From positions 21,951 through 85,950 of IMG/VR virus record IMGVR_UViG_3300051212_000701: a DNA stretch of 64,000 nucleotides; one strand, 5' to 3'. Shown in pieces: positions 27,918 through 38,280 of this stretch. The notes below the pieces were generated by a model that saw only the letters and a program-made list of their open reading frames with translations, searched no databases and was not told where the DNA came from. How positions within the stretch are numbered: position 1 is the first letter of the stretch; every line of letters starts with the position of its first letter. Source of the stretch: a virus. A program made the position numbers and the translations under genes.

Positions 27918-27946
27918 AATAACAAAGCCCCCTAAAAAGGGGGCTT
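27918..27946 (-). terminator. intrinsic terminator after major tail gene
   Basis: AAGCCCCCT-TTTT-AGGGGGCTT followed by TGTTATT. Confidence 0.8.
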
Positions 27947-27962
27947 AGTTATCTTAATTTAA

Positions 27963-28646
27963 TTAAGCTGGGGTCCAAGTACGGTCAATAATCTTTCCGT
28001 ACTCTGATCCTACGTAACCTGCGTCTGGAAGAAGACGGAATGTTACTGGGAAAGATGTTGGTGTATTACGAGCAAGTGAGAATTGTGACTGTTGTACAGA
28101 CAATACACGACGTGCATAGTAAATACGCTCTGAGTTAGGTGTTGAAGTTGTTGGAGCTTGTCCAATAGCTACGAGCTGACGCTCTGTAGGAGCAACACCA
28201 AGAGATCCTGCCTCAAGGCCGAGAGTTGTTCCTCCACCTGTAAGTGTTGATTGTCCCTGTCCGAAAACTACAAGAACGTTCTCTAGTGTTCCTTCTGCCA
28301 TTTCTGTTGCGATCATAACTTCCATCGCAGACTTAAATAGCTTTGCTGTATCAAGCAACTGGTCTACAGTCACTGAATCGTATGTTGGGTTATAAGTGAT
28401 CTGAAGACCATTGTTAGTAAATCCAACGTTACGATAAGCATTGTTTGCTGTTGACTGTGCAGCGTCTAGTGTTGTACGATACGAAGTAGTTGAAGCAAAT
28501 GCTGGAACGCCATCCTTTGCAGATGTACCAGTTCTTGCTACTCCTGGCTCTGTATTTTCAACATATCCCGCTACAGTAGAGTCAGAATTCGAGATGTAGA
28601 GCGGTGAAGCTCCCACAAGAATATTTTTGGCTGAGTTAAATGCCAT
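27963..28646 (-). CDS. major tail (tube) protein
   Basis: NILVGA, VGFTNNGL, VDQL, TEMAEGTLEN, FPVTFRLLPD; strong RBS and downstream terminator. Confidence 0.88.
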   Translation of the reverse strand: MAFNSAKNILVGASPLYISNSDSTVAGYVENTEPGVARTGTSAKDGVPAFASTTSYRTTLDAAQSTANNAYRNVGFTNNGLQITYNPTYDSVTVDQLLDTAKLFKSAMEVMIATEMAEGTLENVLVVFGQGQSTLTGGGTTLGLEAGSLGVAPTERQLVAIGQAPTTSTPNSERIYYARRVLSVQQSQFSLARNTPTSFPVTFRLLPDAGYVGSEYGKIIDRTWTPA

Positions 28647-28773
28647 CTTTGTTTTTCCTCCTGTTTCAAAAAAATATATATATATATTTTGTTGCTGTCA
28701 ATCTTTGAATCTTTGGCTGGCTAGGCCCTTCCCTCTATATCCAATTATAGAGAATTATGCCCCTTAAGGCAAA

Positions 28774-29295
28774 TCAATAAAATCTGCCTGCTGTGTCAAC
28801 ATTACGGGCATATTTAACTTCTAGGATAACGTCTGAAGAGAAAAATCCAGCCAGTTCCTCGGAAGGGGTGGTAGGAGATATATCTGCTATAAATACGCTA
28901 TAGAACTTAAATTTTTCAGACAATACCATATCTCTGTTTAAATCATTGGCAGACTCGTCCATTCGCCTATATGTATCGGTCATCATATTCCTAATTTGAG
29001 CAATTTCAGAGATGTCTGTAGAGTATATTGTAAATAAAATTTGCTCGCAGCATACAACCCAATTCTCTTCATAAGAAAGGCCTATTTTGTCATAAACAAT
29101 ATGCGTCTTGCCATTTAAAAACTGATTCATTTCTGGAAGCTGCTGTACGGGGATTATTGGAATGAGTTCTTCTCCTATATTATCGCTATAGTAGTCTGAT
29201 CCTTCAAATAATCCAGCGCTTGTTAGCTCTTGCCATAGGTGTGCTCTTAAATCGTACATTACATCATACTTATATTTATTGTTTACTGGACTCAT
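28774..29295 (-). CDS. tail terminator/neck protein
   Basis: 173 aa, immediately upstream of the major tail gene. Confidence 0.65.
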   Translation of the reverse strand: MSPVNNKYKYDVMYDLRAHLWQELTSAGLFEGSDYYSDNIGEELIPIIPVQQLPEMNQFLNGKTHIVYDKIGLSYEENWVVCCEQILFTIYSTDISEIAQIRNMMTDTYRRMDESANDLNRDMVLSEKFKFYSVFIADISPTTPSEELAGFFSSDVILEVKYARNVDTAGRFY

Positions 29296-30074
29296 GAGAT
29301 TCCTCCAAATGCTGTAGATACTGCTGATGATGCTTGCATATCAACTGTATTAGGTGAAAAAGAATATTTTACTTTTTTAATATCAACTGGAAGCCTCATA
29401 GCTTTTGTAACAGATGAATTAAATATTTGCTGAAAACCAGATTTTTTAATAGAAAGATTTACAAGATTACTAGTAAAGAATCTTGCATAAGCAATTTGGA
29501 ATCTATTAGTTGCTTTACCGCCACCAGGCTTTTTTACTGTTACTGGAGCACCTTTAGGCATTCTAATTACACGTCCGTCTATTTCAAATACTAATCTTTC
29601 TGCAGCACGAGGTCTAATTACAACTGGTTCTCCAGCTTCCATTACCCTTGCTTTATTTCTAAACACATGACGAGAATTGCCATAATTTGTTGGAACCATT
29701 GACTTTGAGTCTTTAAAAGAATATCCTATTCTAAAAGACAAGCCTATTGATTCTTTGATATCTAAAGTAAAAAGTCTTGCATTTTTACTTCCCGTCTTTT
29801 TCCATTCATACACATGATGAAGTGTAGATGGATTTAGTCTTGCCTGTGCATCTATATACTCACCAAAATCTTTTTGAATTTGAGAAAATATAACACTACG
29901 AAATTTTTCTTGAAACTGTTTATTTGTTGTCAGCTTAGACATAACCTTAGATTGATAATACACTGCTGCAGAAATTTGTGCAACTGTACTATCTTTTAAA
30001 ACAATACCAGTAGTACCAGACATGTACTTATGTAGTCCGCTGGCTGCTTGTACCAATACTGCACTAGAGTCCAA
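29292..30074 (-). CDS. neck/tail-completion protein
   Basis: Basic 260-aa ORF (LHHVYEW, VIRPRAAERLVF) in the head-tail joining block. Confidence 0.6.
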   Translation of the reverse strand: MDSSAVLVQAASGLHKYMSGTTGIVLKDSTVAQISAAVYYQSKVMSKLTTNKQFQEKFRSVIFSQIQKDFGEYIDAQARLNPSTLHHVYEWKKTGSKNARLFTLDIKESIGLSFRIGYSFKDSKSMVPTNYGNSRHVFRNKARVMEAGEPVVIRPRAAERLVFEIDGRVIRMPKGAPVTVKKPGGGKATNRFQIAYARFFTSNLVNLSIKKSGFQQIFNSSVTKAMRLPVDIKKVKYSFSPNTVDMQASSAVSTAFGGIS

Positions 30075-30492
30075 TTACCTGGTTCTCCGATCTTTTAATT
30101 GTAGTGTTATAACCAACAACCACTCCAAACAAATCTGTTATAGGTGTTGTTCCCATAACTTCAAAAACAGTAGGTGTATCGGTTGGAAAGTTTTGTTCTA
30201 CCCATATTACTGTTCCTTCTGCGTCACGTAAATTAGTTATTTTTTCACGATATCCAATTTTGCCTATTGTTCTAATTTGTATGATTTGCTCATTAGTATA
30301 TTTATTACTTAAAACTTGCTTGTCTCCGCTTCTAGAAGAAGAAGAATTAGATATGATTCCTTTTGCATGACAAGGCATACTTCTATCATATTGCCATTCT
30401 TTTTTTAATTGTCCGCTGTCAGGATCTTGATAGTCTATTTGTTTATAGACGTCCATATTCATGCTTAATATAGAATCTATTAAGTCATTCAT
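30064..30492 (-). CDS. head-closure (stopper) protein
   Basis: 142 aa, beta-rich, directly after the adaptor. Confidence 0.6.
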   Translation of the reverse strand: MNDLIDSILSMNMDVYKQIDYQDPDSGQLKKEWQYDRSMPCHAKGIISNSSSSRSGDKQVLSNKYTNEQIIQIRTIGKIGYREKITNLRDAEGTVIWVEQNFPTDTPTVFEVMGTTPITDLFGVVVGYNTTIKRSENQVIGL

Positions 30493-31466
30493 TATATTAC
30501 TACCATTTGGCTTAGCACGTAATCTGCAAGCAAATTATCAACATATAGATTTCCTGTTGTTTTATGTGCATCTGGTGTATATTCAAAATCCCAGTCAAAT
30601 GTTGATATTGATTTAATATATTTATTTCTCCAGATTCTATCTTTTGAGAAATAGTCTTTCATGAGCTCTATACATGCTGTTTCTATATCATTTGGAACAT
30701 GTGTCCAGCCAAATCTTCCTTCAATTCTGTAAGCCTGATCTTTAACAAATGCTCCTTGATATGAATCATTGATAGAAGGTGGCACTAAACCGTTAGCTGA
30801 ATATACCAAATTATCCAGCGAGCTTGCTCTATTGATTCTAACTCCAAATCCAGATTCTGATATTTGTGTTTGATATATCCAGTTATTAGAGTTGCTTATA
30901 TTATCTAAAACAAGAACGTCGTTTTGATATATTCTATGTATTGTGCTAATTTTTGCTGGCAAAGGAAGAACATCTGATCCAGAGCCGTATACGGTCACAG
31001 TGTCTAGATATGGATAAAATTTTTGAGTTGTAAAACTTTCAATTGTTTTTCTTGCATATCTTTCTGCTTGAACAATTTGAAAATATGTTTTATAGTTAGG
31101 GTCTGAAGGATCTGAGCCTAAACCTAGCTCTTCCCCAGCCTGTGTTATGTCTACATATGGAGTTACAACAATAAGGTCATCTGTTTTTTCTAAGCTTTCT
31201 CCGTTTACAGAATACTCCCATTTAATAACCATTCTTCTATCTCTATTTACAAGAGAAATTGGTGGATATACTTCGTAAACTCCAACATCTGTTTCAATTT
31301 TTGTAGCAACAAGGGTAGACAAAACTGTTCCTGGATTAATATTGTAAAGAGGATCTAAACTTACATCATATATCTTAGCTGTAGGTGCAGAGTCAGCATC
31401 TGACGGAGCACCTCTCCAATATACTTTATGCTTTATTGGCGCATTAGTCCCTACTAATATTTCCAT
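30492..31466 (-). CDS. head-to-tail adaptor protein
   Basis: ARKTIESFTTQKF...GRFGWTHVPNDIETACIELM...TGNLYVDNLL..Y. Confidence 0.75.
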   Translation of the reverse strand: MEILVGTNAPIKHKVYWRGAPSDADSAPTAKIYDVSLDPLYNINPGTVLSTLVATKIETDVGVYEVYPPISLVNRDRRMVIKWEYSVNGESLEKTDDLIVVTPYVDITQAGEELGLGSDPSDPNYKTYFQIVQAERYARKTIESFTTQKFYPYLDTVTVYGSGSDVLPLPAKISTIHRIYQNDVLVLDNISNSNNWIYQTQISESGFGVRINRASSLDNLVYSANGLVPPSINDSYQGAFVKDQAYRIEGRFGWTHVPNDIETACIELMKDYFSKDRIWRNKYIKSISTFDWDFEYTPDAHKTTGNLYVDNLLADYVLSQMVVI

Positions 31467-31476
31467 TTAGTAAAGA

Positions 31477-31884
31477 TTATCCGTAGTACTCCTGAACTTC
31501 CTTTGGGGTAGCTAAACGGAAACCTTCCTCCTTGTCAAAAATTTCTTGAGCTTGATCTTCGCTCATTGCAACAAACGGGTGTTCTTTTGTAAAAGTAAAT
31601 CCTAGAATATCATATCTAAAATTTTCTCTAGTCATTCTAACCAAAACTGTGTCCTCTGCATTTATTGCTTTAGTATCTAGTCTTGGAAGAACCTCTTCGC
31701 TTAAAAATGCGTCTTCGCTTGCTTCTTTAATTGTATCTAGTGTCTTTTGATAAACCGACCAGGTTACGCCTTCTTCTGCTAATGCGGCAATAATATTTGC
31801 CTTGCTTTTAATTCCATCAGTATCTACTGCAAAGTTCTCTGCAATTTCTCTGAGTTCTGCGACTTTTAATGTCTCAAATGACAT
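31477..31884 (-). CDS. hypothetical protein with N-terminal HeH/Rho-N-like motif
   Basis: LKVAELREIA...KSKANIIAAL; directly after the capsid gene. Confidence 0.65.
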   Translation of the reverse strand: MSFETLKVAELREIAENFAVDTDGIKSKANIIAALAEEGVTWSVYQKTLDTIKEASEDAFLSEEVLPRLDTKAINAEDTVLVRMTRENFRYDILGFTFTKEHPFVAMSEDQAQEIFDKEEGFRLATPKEVQEYYG

Positions 31885-31912
31885 GTATTGCTCCTTCTAC
31901 TAGGTACTAACA

Positions 31913-31921
31913 ATTATAGCA
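31913..31921 (-). promoter_or_regulatory. extended -10 promoter (TGCTATAAT) for neck genes
   Basis: Just downstream of the capsid terminator. Confidence 0.65.
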
Positions 31922-31931
31922 TTGTTAAATT

Positions 31932-31972
31932 AAAATGAAAAGCCCCCCAAAAATTTATTCTGAGGGGCTTTT
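31932..31972 (-). terminator. intrinsic terminator after major capsid gene
   Basis: AAAAGCCCC...GGGGCTTTT followed by CATTTT. Confidence 0.75.
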
Positions 31973-31993
31973 AGCAGATCTAAATCCTATATA

Positions 31994-33046
31994 TTAGGAA
32001 GCGACCTTAACGTTCTTGACAACGACCCAGCAGTCTGCCTGCTCGATTTGTACTCCAACACGAGTATACATTGTGTACTCGATAGAGTCCTTACGTGGCC
32101 AGAAGAATCTGTAGACGGTTACGTCACGCTTGATACCAATAACAATGTTATTTGGGAATGTCAAGTGTAGATCTCCGTGTTGTCCTGATGCTCCAGTGTG
32201 AGTTCCTGTTTGTGCTTCTGGAAGAAGTGGAACTTCGACAATTGGAATACCAAATGCGAATGGTGCAACGAATCCTGCTGGACCACCGAGACCTGGTTGA
32301 GTTCCACGGATAACGCTTGAAGCGATATCTTGTGGGTTAGCTGAACCGTAGTCACCCAACTGTGATGTTGAGTATAGGTAATCCTGGATCAAGTTTGAAC
32401 CAGAAAGGAAGCGAAGGTCTGCACGGCGCTGCTTGTACTTACGTGGCATTGCCTTAAGTGCTGAGTTAAATACTGCACGAGAAATATTTGCTCCTGCTGC
32501 ATCAACTACACGACCTGTTCCCTTTGCCTTCTTTACAACGCCATCAAATGACTTGTAAAGTGCATCTCCTGTTAGGGATGTATCTCCATTGAGGACTACG
32601 TCTTCAATGTCGTTTCCTGCTTGCGTTGCCATCAAACGTGCAATATGATCTTCTAGATCTGCACCTTCGATGTTGTCCTCAAGGGACTCTGTTGAAAGCT
32701 CCCAGTCCATGCGGAGTTTCTTTGTTGTAATTGAGATCTTAGAGAAAGTTACTGCAGAGTTTGCTGCTGTATCTTCTCCTTCAGTTGCAAGCTTCATAAG
32801 CTTCTCGCCAACTGACATGCGATCAATTTCTGCTGTATCTGCCTTCAATCTTACTGTACGTGCGACCTTGCCGATTACGGTTGCGTCGAACATATAGTCA
32901 AGGAAGCGAGCAGATTGCTCTGGGTTTAGAAGACCACCATTGCCAGCTTCAGCAGCACGGTGTACTCCACCAGCTGTTGTATTAGAGGCAAATGTAGCAG
33001 TGCTTGTAGCTCCTGCGGCAGCTTTTTCTAATAGTTCATTGCTCAT
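31994..33046 (-). CDS. major capsid protein (HK97 fold)
   Basis: GGLLNPEQSARF, ESLEDNIEG, NGD, GIPIVEVP; follows protease/scaffold; terminator downstream. Confidence 0.92.
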   Translation of the reverse strand: MSNELLEKAAAGATSTATFASNTTAGGVHRAAEAGNGGLLNPEQSARFLDYMFDATVIGKVARTVRLKADTAEIDRMSVGEKLMKLATEGEDTAANSAVTFSKISITTKKLRMDWELSTESLEDNIEGADLEDHIARLMATQAGNDIEDVVLNGDTSLTGDALYKSFDGVVKKAKGTGRVVDAAGANISRAVFNSALKAMPRKYKQRRADLRFLSGSNLIQDYLYSTSQLGDYGSANPQDIASSVIRGTQPGLGGPAGFVAPFAFGIPIVEVPLLPEAQTGTHTGASGQHGDLHLTFPNNIVIGIKRDVTVYRFFWPRKDSIEYTMYTRVGVQIEQADCWVVVKNVKVAS

Positions 33047-33061
33047 TGTTTTTTACCTACC

Positions 33062-34408
33062 TTAGTTAAATATTTCGTTCACGGAACCGAGGAAAGAACC
33101 GTTCCATTTAGATTTCTTGATTGTTACCTCTTCTGATCGGCCAAGATCGGAAGACTTCTTAATTGCTGTTTCTGCCTCAACGGCGTCTACACGCTTTTGT
33201 ACTCCTGAAAGAGTACCTTTTACTTCATTTACAGCATTTGATAATGCTGTGTGTTGTTCTGCCAACTCTGTAATTCTAGCATCTACGCTCTTGCTGAATG
33301 TCTCAACTGTTTCCTTAATTGATGCAACTTGAGCAGCATTTGATTCGGATGCCTTTGTCAAAGTATCCGAGAAAAAGCCTTTTAGTTCGCCCAACATTTT
33401 TGCAAAATCAGGTTCTGCATTGACCTCAACTTCTGATACGTCGGCTGCTTTCTCCAGAGTTTCGGCAGGAGCGTCTTCTGCAGGTGCTTCTGCTGCTTCT
33501 GCGGCTGGAGCCTCTGCTTCAACTGCAACTGCTTCGGCTGGAGCCTCTGCAACTGGAGTTGTCTCTTCTGCAGCTACAGCAGTCTCTTCGACAACTGCTA
33601 CTGCTTCTGTATTTTCTGACACTTCATTACCTCCTTCTGCGTTTGCCTGTTTTGCTAATTGTGTATCAGGCAACGTAAATCTTGATTGCTTATATGCATC
33701 AAGAATCTTATCTATCTCTTTTGACTTATTTACATCTGAGCTTTCAACCCATCCAATAAGTTCCGCTGGCTTTCCAGATACTGGAGAGTCATATGTTTTT
33801 TCTGTTGAGATAAAAACAGAATCACTTTCTTCACAATAAAAAATATTTTCAACTTTTGTTTCTGCAGCAATTCCTTTAAAAACAAGCTGACCATTCATTT
33901 TTTGAATTGACAAAATGTTGCACAGCTCGTTTGCTGGAGAATCAACAATTGAAAGCTCAAGCAAAGAATATTCTTTAATAAATCTAGTTGATTTACCTGT
34001 TGATTTATTTACTTCATTATCAGATTCAATTATTTTTCCGCCAATAGAAAATCCAGACAATGTTCCGTCAAGAACTTTTTCCCATGTGTCTTGTGCGCCC
34101 TTAGATATGTATGCGTCTACATAAACTCCATTATAAAATTCTTTTGTTGTTGGATCATAAAAGGTTTCTGGCTTAAAAGAAATCATTTTGCCTACGGCAT
34201 TTGATCCGTGCATCTCACGAATGTTTCCACGAAAAGATTCAAAAGCTTTGATGGATGCTTCTGCTGTTACCACATCACCTGTTTGATCTAGGTTATCTAG
34301 TGTGGCAAATCCAGATACAGTTCTCTTTTCACGGTTTACCTTAGTAAAAGGAACCGAAAGAGAGATGCTGTTTCCATCGCTGGACCATAATGATTTTTCA
34401 ATATTCAT
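33062..34408 (-). CDS. prohead protease fused to scaffold
   Basis: VSGFAT..DQTGD, REMH, GFSIGG, ELSIVDSPAN (HK97 protease), then an Ala/Glu/Pro linker and coiled coil. Confidence 0.88.
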   Translation of the reverse strand: MNIEKSLWSSDGNSISLSVPFTKVNREKRTVSGFATLDNLDQTGDVVTAEASIKAFESFRGNIREMHGSNAVGKMISFKPETFYDPTTKEFYNGVYVDAYISKGAQDTWEKVLDGTLSGFSIGGKIIESDNEVNKSTGKSTRFIKEYSLLELSIVDSPANELCNILSIQKMNGQLVFKGIAAETKVENIFYCEESDSVFISTEKTYDSPVSGKPAELIGWVESSDVNKSKEIDKILDAYKQSRFTLPDTQLAKQANAEGGNEVSENTEAVAVVEETAVAAEETTPVAEAPAEAVAVEAEAPAAEAAEAPAEDAPAETLEKAADVSEVEVNAEPDFAKMLGELKGFFSDTLTKASESNAAQVASIKETVETFSKSVDARITELAEQHTALSNAVNEVKGTLSGVQKRVDAVEAETAIKKSSDLGRSEEVTIKKSKWNGSFLGSVNEIFN

Positions 34409-34461
34409 ATGCTTAATTATAGGTTTTTATATATCAAAAGGCAAATAGTAGTTGAGTGAGG

Positions 34462-36045
34462 CTAGTCGACCTGTCTTCCATCCCCTTTTGCATTTCTGCC
34501 TTCCCCTGAAACATCTGGGGCATTTGCCTGTCTATCTTGAGACCTTTGTCTGGTATTTAAAGCCTGAGATTTAATTTCTGCTGCCTTTGCTTGAAGGTCT
34601 ACCACTTCGTCTCCGCCATCAATAGGAATCATTCCCTTTCTAATTCTAACTTCATTAGGGGTAATTACCTGCATTCTAAGGTATCTTTCGTCAATCTTAG
34701 ACTGAGTATCTTCATCGGTCAATGTTAATTCATTGAATTTAAGAAGAAGAGCGTCTGTTTTTTCTTCAAATATTCTATTAATTTTCTTTTCAAGAATCAT
34801 TTGTGCTGGACGGCAAACTTGCTCCTTAAACATTTTATCTGCATCACGGGCTACGGCTAGGTTGACCCCTTCTGGAGTTCCTATTTTATTGATTGGCACA
34901 CGATGGGCAAGCAATATTTCATCTCTATTAGATTTACGATATTTTTCAAAAGAACCTTCTTGGCTACCAGCTTCAATTGGGTCCATTTTAAATTCAACCT
35001 TAGAGTCAGGAGAATCGGCTGGCAACGGAACATATAGAGATCTATGGTTTTTGCCCTTTAGGCCAACCTGGAAAAATTCTAGAAGTTTTCGTTCTGACTC
35101 TGCAGAAAGCTTTGCACCCTTTACCGTAATGATATATCTTGGTACAGCCTTGTTTTCAAAATAATCAATATTGTATCTACCAGATAACTCGTTACCTGCT
35201 AACGCTACCTGCGCCGCAATAATGTCTGGAACCCCGTAATAATTATTCATAGGAGTGTATTTCTTTAGATGAATAATTTCATTTGGTCTTTCTTCTTGAC
35301 TTCCAATCGGATTCTCTGTTTCTGTATCACCAAAATTACGGAAGAATACTGCTTTGCCATATAGTAATTGAACGAAGCCATCACGAAGTCTACGAACACG
35401 CATTGTTTTTGCTGGAATGTGTCCTATATAGCCTATGTTACCTGCTGTAGTTCTTCCTATTTCAATATAGCCATTTCCAGTTGCTTCGAGATCTGTATAT
35501 GCTTTAATTAAAGTTTGAGTAAATGTATCTTCTTGATTTGTTGAATCTACCCATAAATGCATATCTTGTCTTAGCTTATTGAGTTTTCTGCGAGCTCTTT
35601 CTAGCTGCTTGTCGTCTGTAATAGAATCAAATGCATCATTAGTTTTTTTAGTTTCAATAAAGTCATACCCAAGACCTACAATGTTTGCAACTTTTGCATT
35701 TATAGCTGCATAGTTATATGTAGAAATTTCATATACTTTAGAAAGATATTCAAGATTATATGGAGGCTCAATTAAATCAAATAATGCATAACCAGTAATA
35801 GCCTGAGCCAACTGTATCTGCTGTGTTTTTGTATCTTCGATTCCATCAAAAGACTTAGCCAGCTCTCTATTAACTTTTCTTCTAAATGCTGGTCCTAGGC
35901 CTCTAACCTTTTTTAAATCTTCTAAGCCTGCGGCAAATGGGTCATTACTTACTTGAGTTTCTTTTTTAAAAGAAAACCAATCTGAGTTGTTTGTAATTTC
36001 AACTATGCTGTCTGAGTTGTCATCTTCAAGAAACTCTACTGTCAT
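34462..36045 (-). CDS. portal protein
   Basis: DLEATGNGYIE, EIIHLK, YYGVPD, YFENKAVP, ILLAHRVP, ITPNEVR. Confidence 0.92.
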   Translation of the reverse strand: MTVEFLEDDNSDSIVEITNNSDWFSFKKETQVSNDPFAAGLEDLKKVRGLGPAFRRKVNRELAKSFDGIEDTKTQQIQLAQAITGYALFDLIEPPYNLEYLSKVYEISTYNYAAINAKVANIVGLGYDFIETKKTNDAFDSITDDKQLERARRKLNKLRQDMHLWVDSTNQEDTFTQTLIKAYTDLEATGNGYIEIGRTTAGNIGYIGHIPAKTMRVRRLRDGFVQLLYGKAVFFRNFGDTETENPIGSQEERPNEIIHLKKYTPMNNYYGVPDIIAAQVALAGNELSGRYNIDYFENKAVPRYIITVKGAKLSAESERKLLEFFQVGLKGKNHRSLYVPLPADSPDSKVEFKMDPIEAGSQEGSFEKYRKSNRDEILLAHRVPINKIGTPEGVNLAVARDADKMFKEQVCRPAQMILEKKINRIFEEKTDALLLKFNELTLTDEDTQSKIDERYLRMQVITPNEVRIRKGMIPIDGGDEVVDLQAKAAEIKSQALNTRQRSQDRQANAPDVSGEGRNAKGDGRQVD

Positions 36046-36383
36046 TTTAAACCACCTAATTTTTTCATTTCGTCTTTATAGTTTCCGATATCTAACGGGT
36101 CTGGAATCAATCCCCATTTTAATCTTTGTTCTTGTTCTGCGTATTCTTCATCAGTAATTTTTCGTCTTGCTGAAAGAAATTTAGGCCCGCCCTCATATAT
36201 GCCGTACGAGCGAACTTCTCTAGCCAAAGCATCGATTCTGGATCTATTGCCTTTTTTTGACGTAACCGAAAGATAATTGCCCTCATCGTCACCAATCCAG
36301 CGTCCGTCTGGCATTTCCCAGACGTATACCCCTAGAACGCTTTCTTCTTCTAAAGTCTTATAGCTTACCTTATTCATATCCAT
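36042..36383 (-). CDS. hypothetical protein upstream of portal
   Basis: 113 aa, coupled to the portal by an ATGA overlap. Confidence 0.7.
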   Translation of the reverse strand: MDMNKVSYKTLEEESVLGVYVWEMPDGRWIGDDEGNYLSVTSKKGNRSRIDALAREVRSYGIYEGGPKFLSARRKITDEEYAEQEQRLKWGLIPDPLDIGNYKDEMKKLGGLK

Positions 36384-36449
36384 ATGTCTTTATTTTACCA
36401 TTATTATTTACACAAGTCCAGAGTTTTGTCAATCAGAATGACAAAAAGT

Positions 36450-38273
36450 TTAAATGCTAGCAGACTGATATTCAGTATTATTGATTAAATAGGCTGTTCC
36501 GTCATTACCTAGGTCAGATTCGGATAATGATATTGAAGAATCTGTTACAGACAAGACATACTGATGGGTATATAGCTGGTAATGATTTGTGGCTTGATCA
36601 GAGGTCAAGGCATCTGGATATAAGGCTATATTGCTATAAAGATTGTCTCCGCCTGAAACTGAGCCATTTTGATTATAATTAAATCTAATATTACTTGTAG
36701 CAGCAGAAGATAGGATAAGCACTATATGGTGTGGCATTCCTTTTGTTAAAAATTCAGATATATTGGTTGCTGAAGAGTGGTTTACTCCATTTACATATAT
36801 GGCAGATATACCAGACTTATTTATAACCCCTGTAGATGACCATTCAAATATTTTGCTATTACTTGAAAACAATACATTTTGTGTTGTTCCCATACTTGGG
36901 GTAAAAATTAATTCTAAAGATCTTACTGAATTTGCTGAGTCTATATTAAATCCGCCGCCGTTATACATTCTAAGTCCATTATAATCGTTATAAGAAATTA
37001 TTGGATGATTGTATCTAGATAAAGAATAATCACTTAATGAATAAATTCTGTCTGAAGAATTGTCTGCATAAAAATCATTATTAGAAAAGAAATCAAGAGA
37101 CAAAGACTTTAATATTGGCAAATCTTTAGATGTATCTGAAGAAGACATTGTTACACGTAAATAAACAAGTCCGCTTGTTATTCCATCATTTTTATTAAAA
37201 AATGGTATTGGGCTATTATTTTTGCAGTTTTGCCAAGCTGTGCCGTCTTGACTTACTTGAACAATTATATTGTCTACGTCGTCTTCCCAAGATATTTGAG
37301 ATGTTACTACGTCTAACGAGCTTGGAATAATGATTGTTTCTGTAAAAGAAAATGTTTTTGTTCCTGAAGTATTAGTTTTAGCAAATGTAATATACGATTG
37401 ATCAGTTGACATAACTGCATTTTCATTAATAACTTCAGACCAAAGCTTTGTGCCTGGGTAATAGTATCTTGCTACTGGTCTCATTTTAGAATGATTTAAA
37501 CTAAATATGGATCCTCCGTCAGGATAAACAATTTGAGAATAGTCTAATTCTTTAATTCCTTCAGTATAATGTTTTGCTATTTTTAAACTACTTAAAACAT
37601 ATCTATAAAAAGATACAGAATCAACTACAAAATATTTGTTTGCAAGAGATGGTCCAGTTGTCCAGTCTGTATCGGTTTCTGTAAACACAAAATTATCTAA
37701 AGGAACTGAAGAAACCCTATTACCATTTATATATAAAGATATTGAATTTTTTGTATATGTGCATACAATATGTATTGCTTTATTATTAGAATACTTATAT
37801 CTTAATTCATTAGAATAAACCTTAAAAACAATATCTCCATTTTGATAAAATAAACCTATATTTTTAACTGGATCGCCTAATATTGTTACTTCAGAAGAAC
37901 TTGTATTTGGTAATTTTACCCATATTTCTAAAGAGAATGAGTTGTCTGAATAATATTTATTTGCAAGTCCTGGAGCATTATATGTTATTGTTGTTTCATC
38001 AGAAATTAGTGTTCCATAAATTCCGCCTGCAACTAGAGGCATTATCTTAGACCCAGATATTCCTGATACCGTTCCATTATTTATATTTCCTGAATAATCT
38101 AAAACTGCTTGTCCTGATATCTGATCGTATGAACTAAATGCGTCTCGTACAGCTTGATATGTTGGATAGTTTGAAAGTATTTGATTATAATAGTCAAATG
38201 TTCCAGACTTTACTTCATCTAAAGTGTAGTATGATATTGGAGAATCAGCCAATACAGTTCTAAAATATGACAT
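36450..38273 (-). CDS. LamG/concanavalin-A-like domain virion protein
   Basis: VLADSPISYYTLDE, FSLEIWVK, HIVCTY..SLYING, IALYPDALT..HY. Confidence 0.78.
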   Translation of the reverse strand: MSYFRTVLADSPISYYTLDEVKSGTFDYYNQILSNYPTYQAVRDAFSSYDQISGQAVLDYSGNINNGTVSGISGSKIMPLVAGGIYGTLISDETTITYNAPGLANKYYSDNSFSLEIWVKLPNTSSSEVTILGDPVKNIGLFYQNGDIVFKVYSNELRYKYSNNKAIHIVCTYTKNSISLYINGNRVSSVPLDNFVFTETDTDWTTGPSLANKYFVVDSVSFYRYVLSSLKIAKHYTEGIKELDYSQIVYPDGGSIFSLNHSKMRPVARYYYPGTKLWSEVINENAVMSTDQSYITFAKTNTSGTKTFSFTETIIIPSSLDVVTSQISWEDDVDNIIVQVSQDGTAWQNCKNNSPIPFFNKNDGITSGLVYLRVTMSSSDTSKDLPILKSLSLDFFSNNDFYADNSSDRIYSLSDYSLSRYNHPIISYNDYNGLRMYNGGGFNIDSANSVRSLELIFTPSMGTTQNVLFSSNSKIFEWSSTGVINKSGISAIYVNGVNHSSATNISEFLTKGMPHHIVLILSSAATSNIRFNYNQNGSVSGGDNLYSNIALYPDALTSDQATNHYQLYTHQYVLSVTDSSISLSESDLGNDGTAYLINNTEYQSASI

Positions 38274-38280
38274 GTTTCTC

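Noticed and set aside
36404-36432. TTGACA at 36432-36427 as the -35 of the portal operon promoter
   Set aside because: Its spacing to the best -10 box (TGGTAAAAT, 36400-36392) is far too long, and the hexamers at 16-18 bp spacing are poor.
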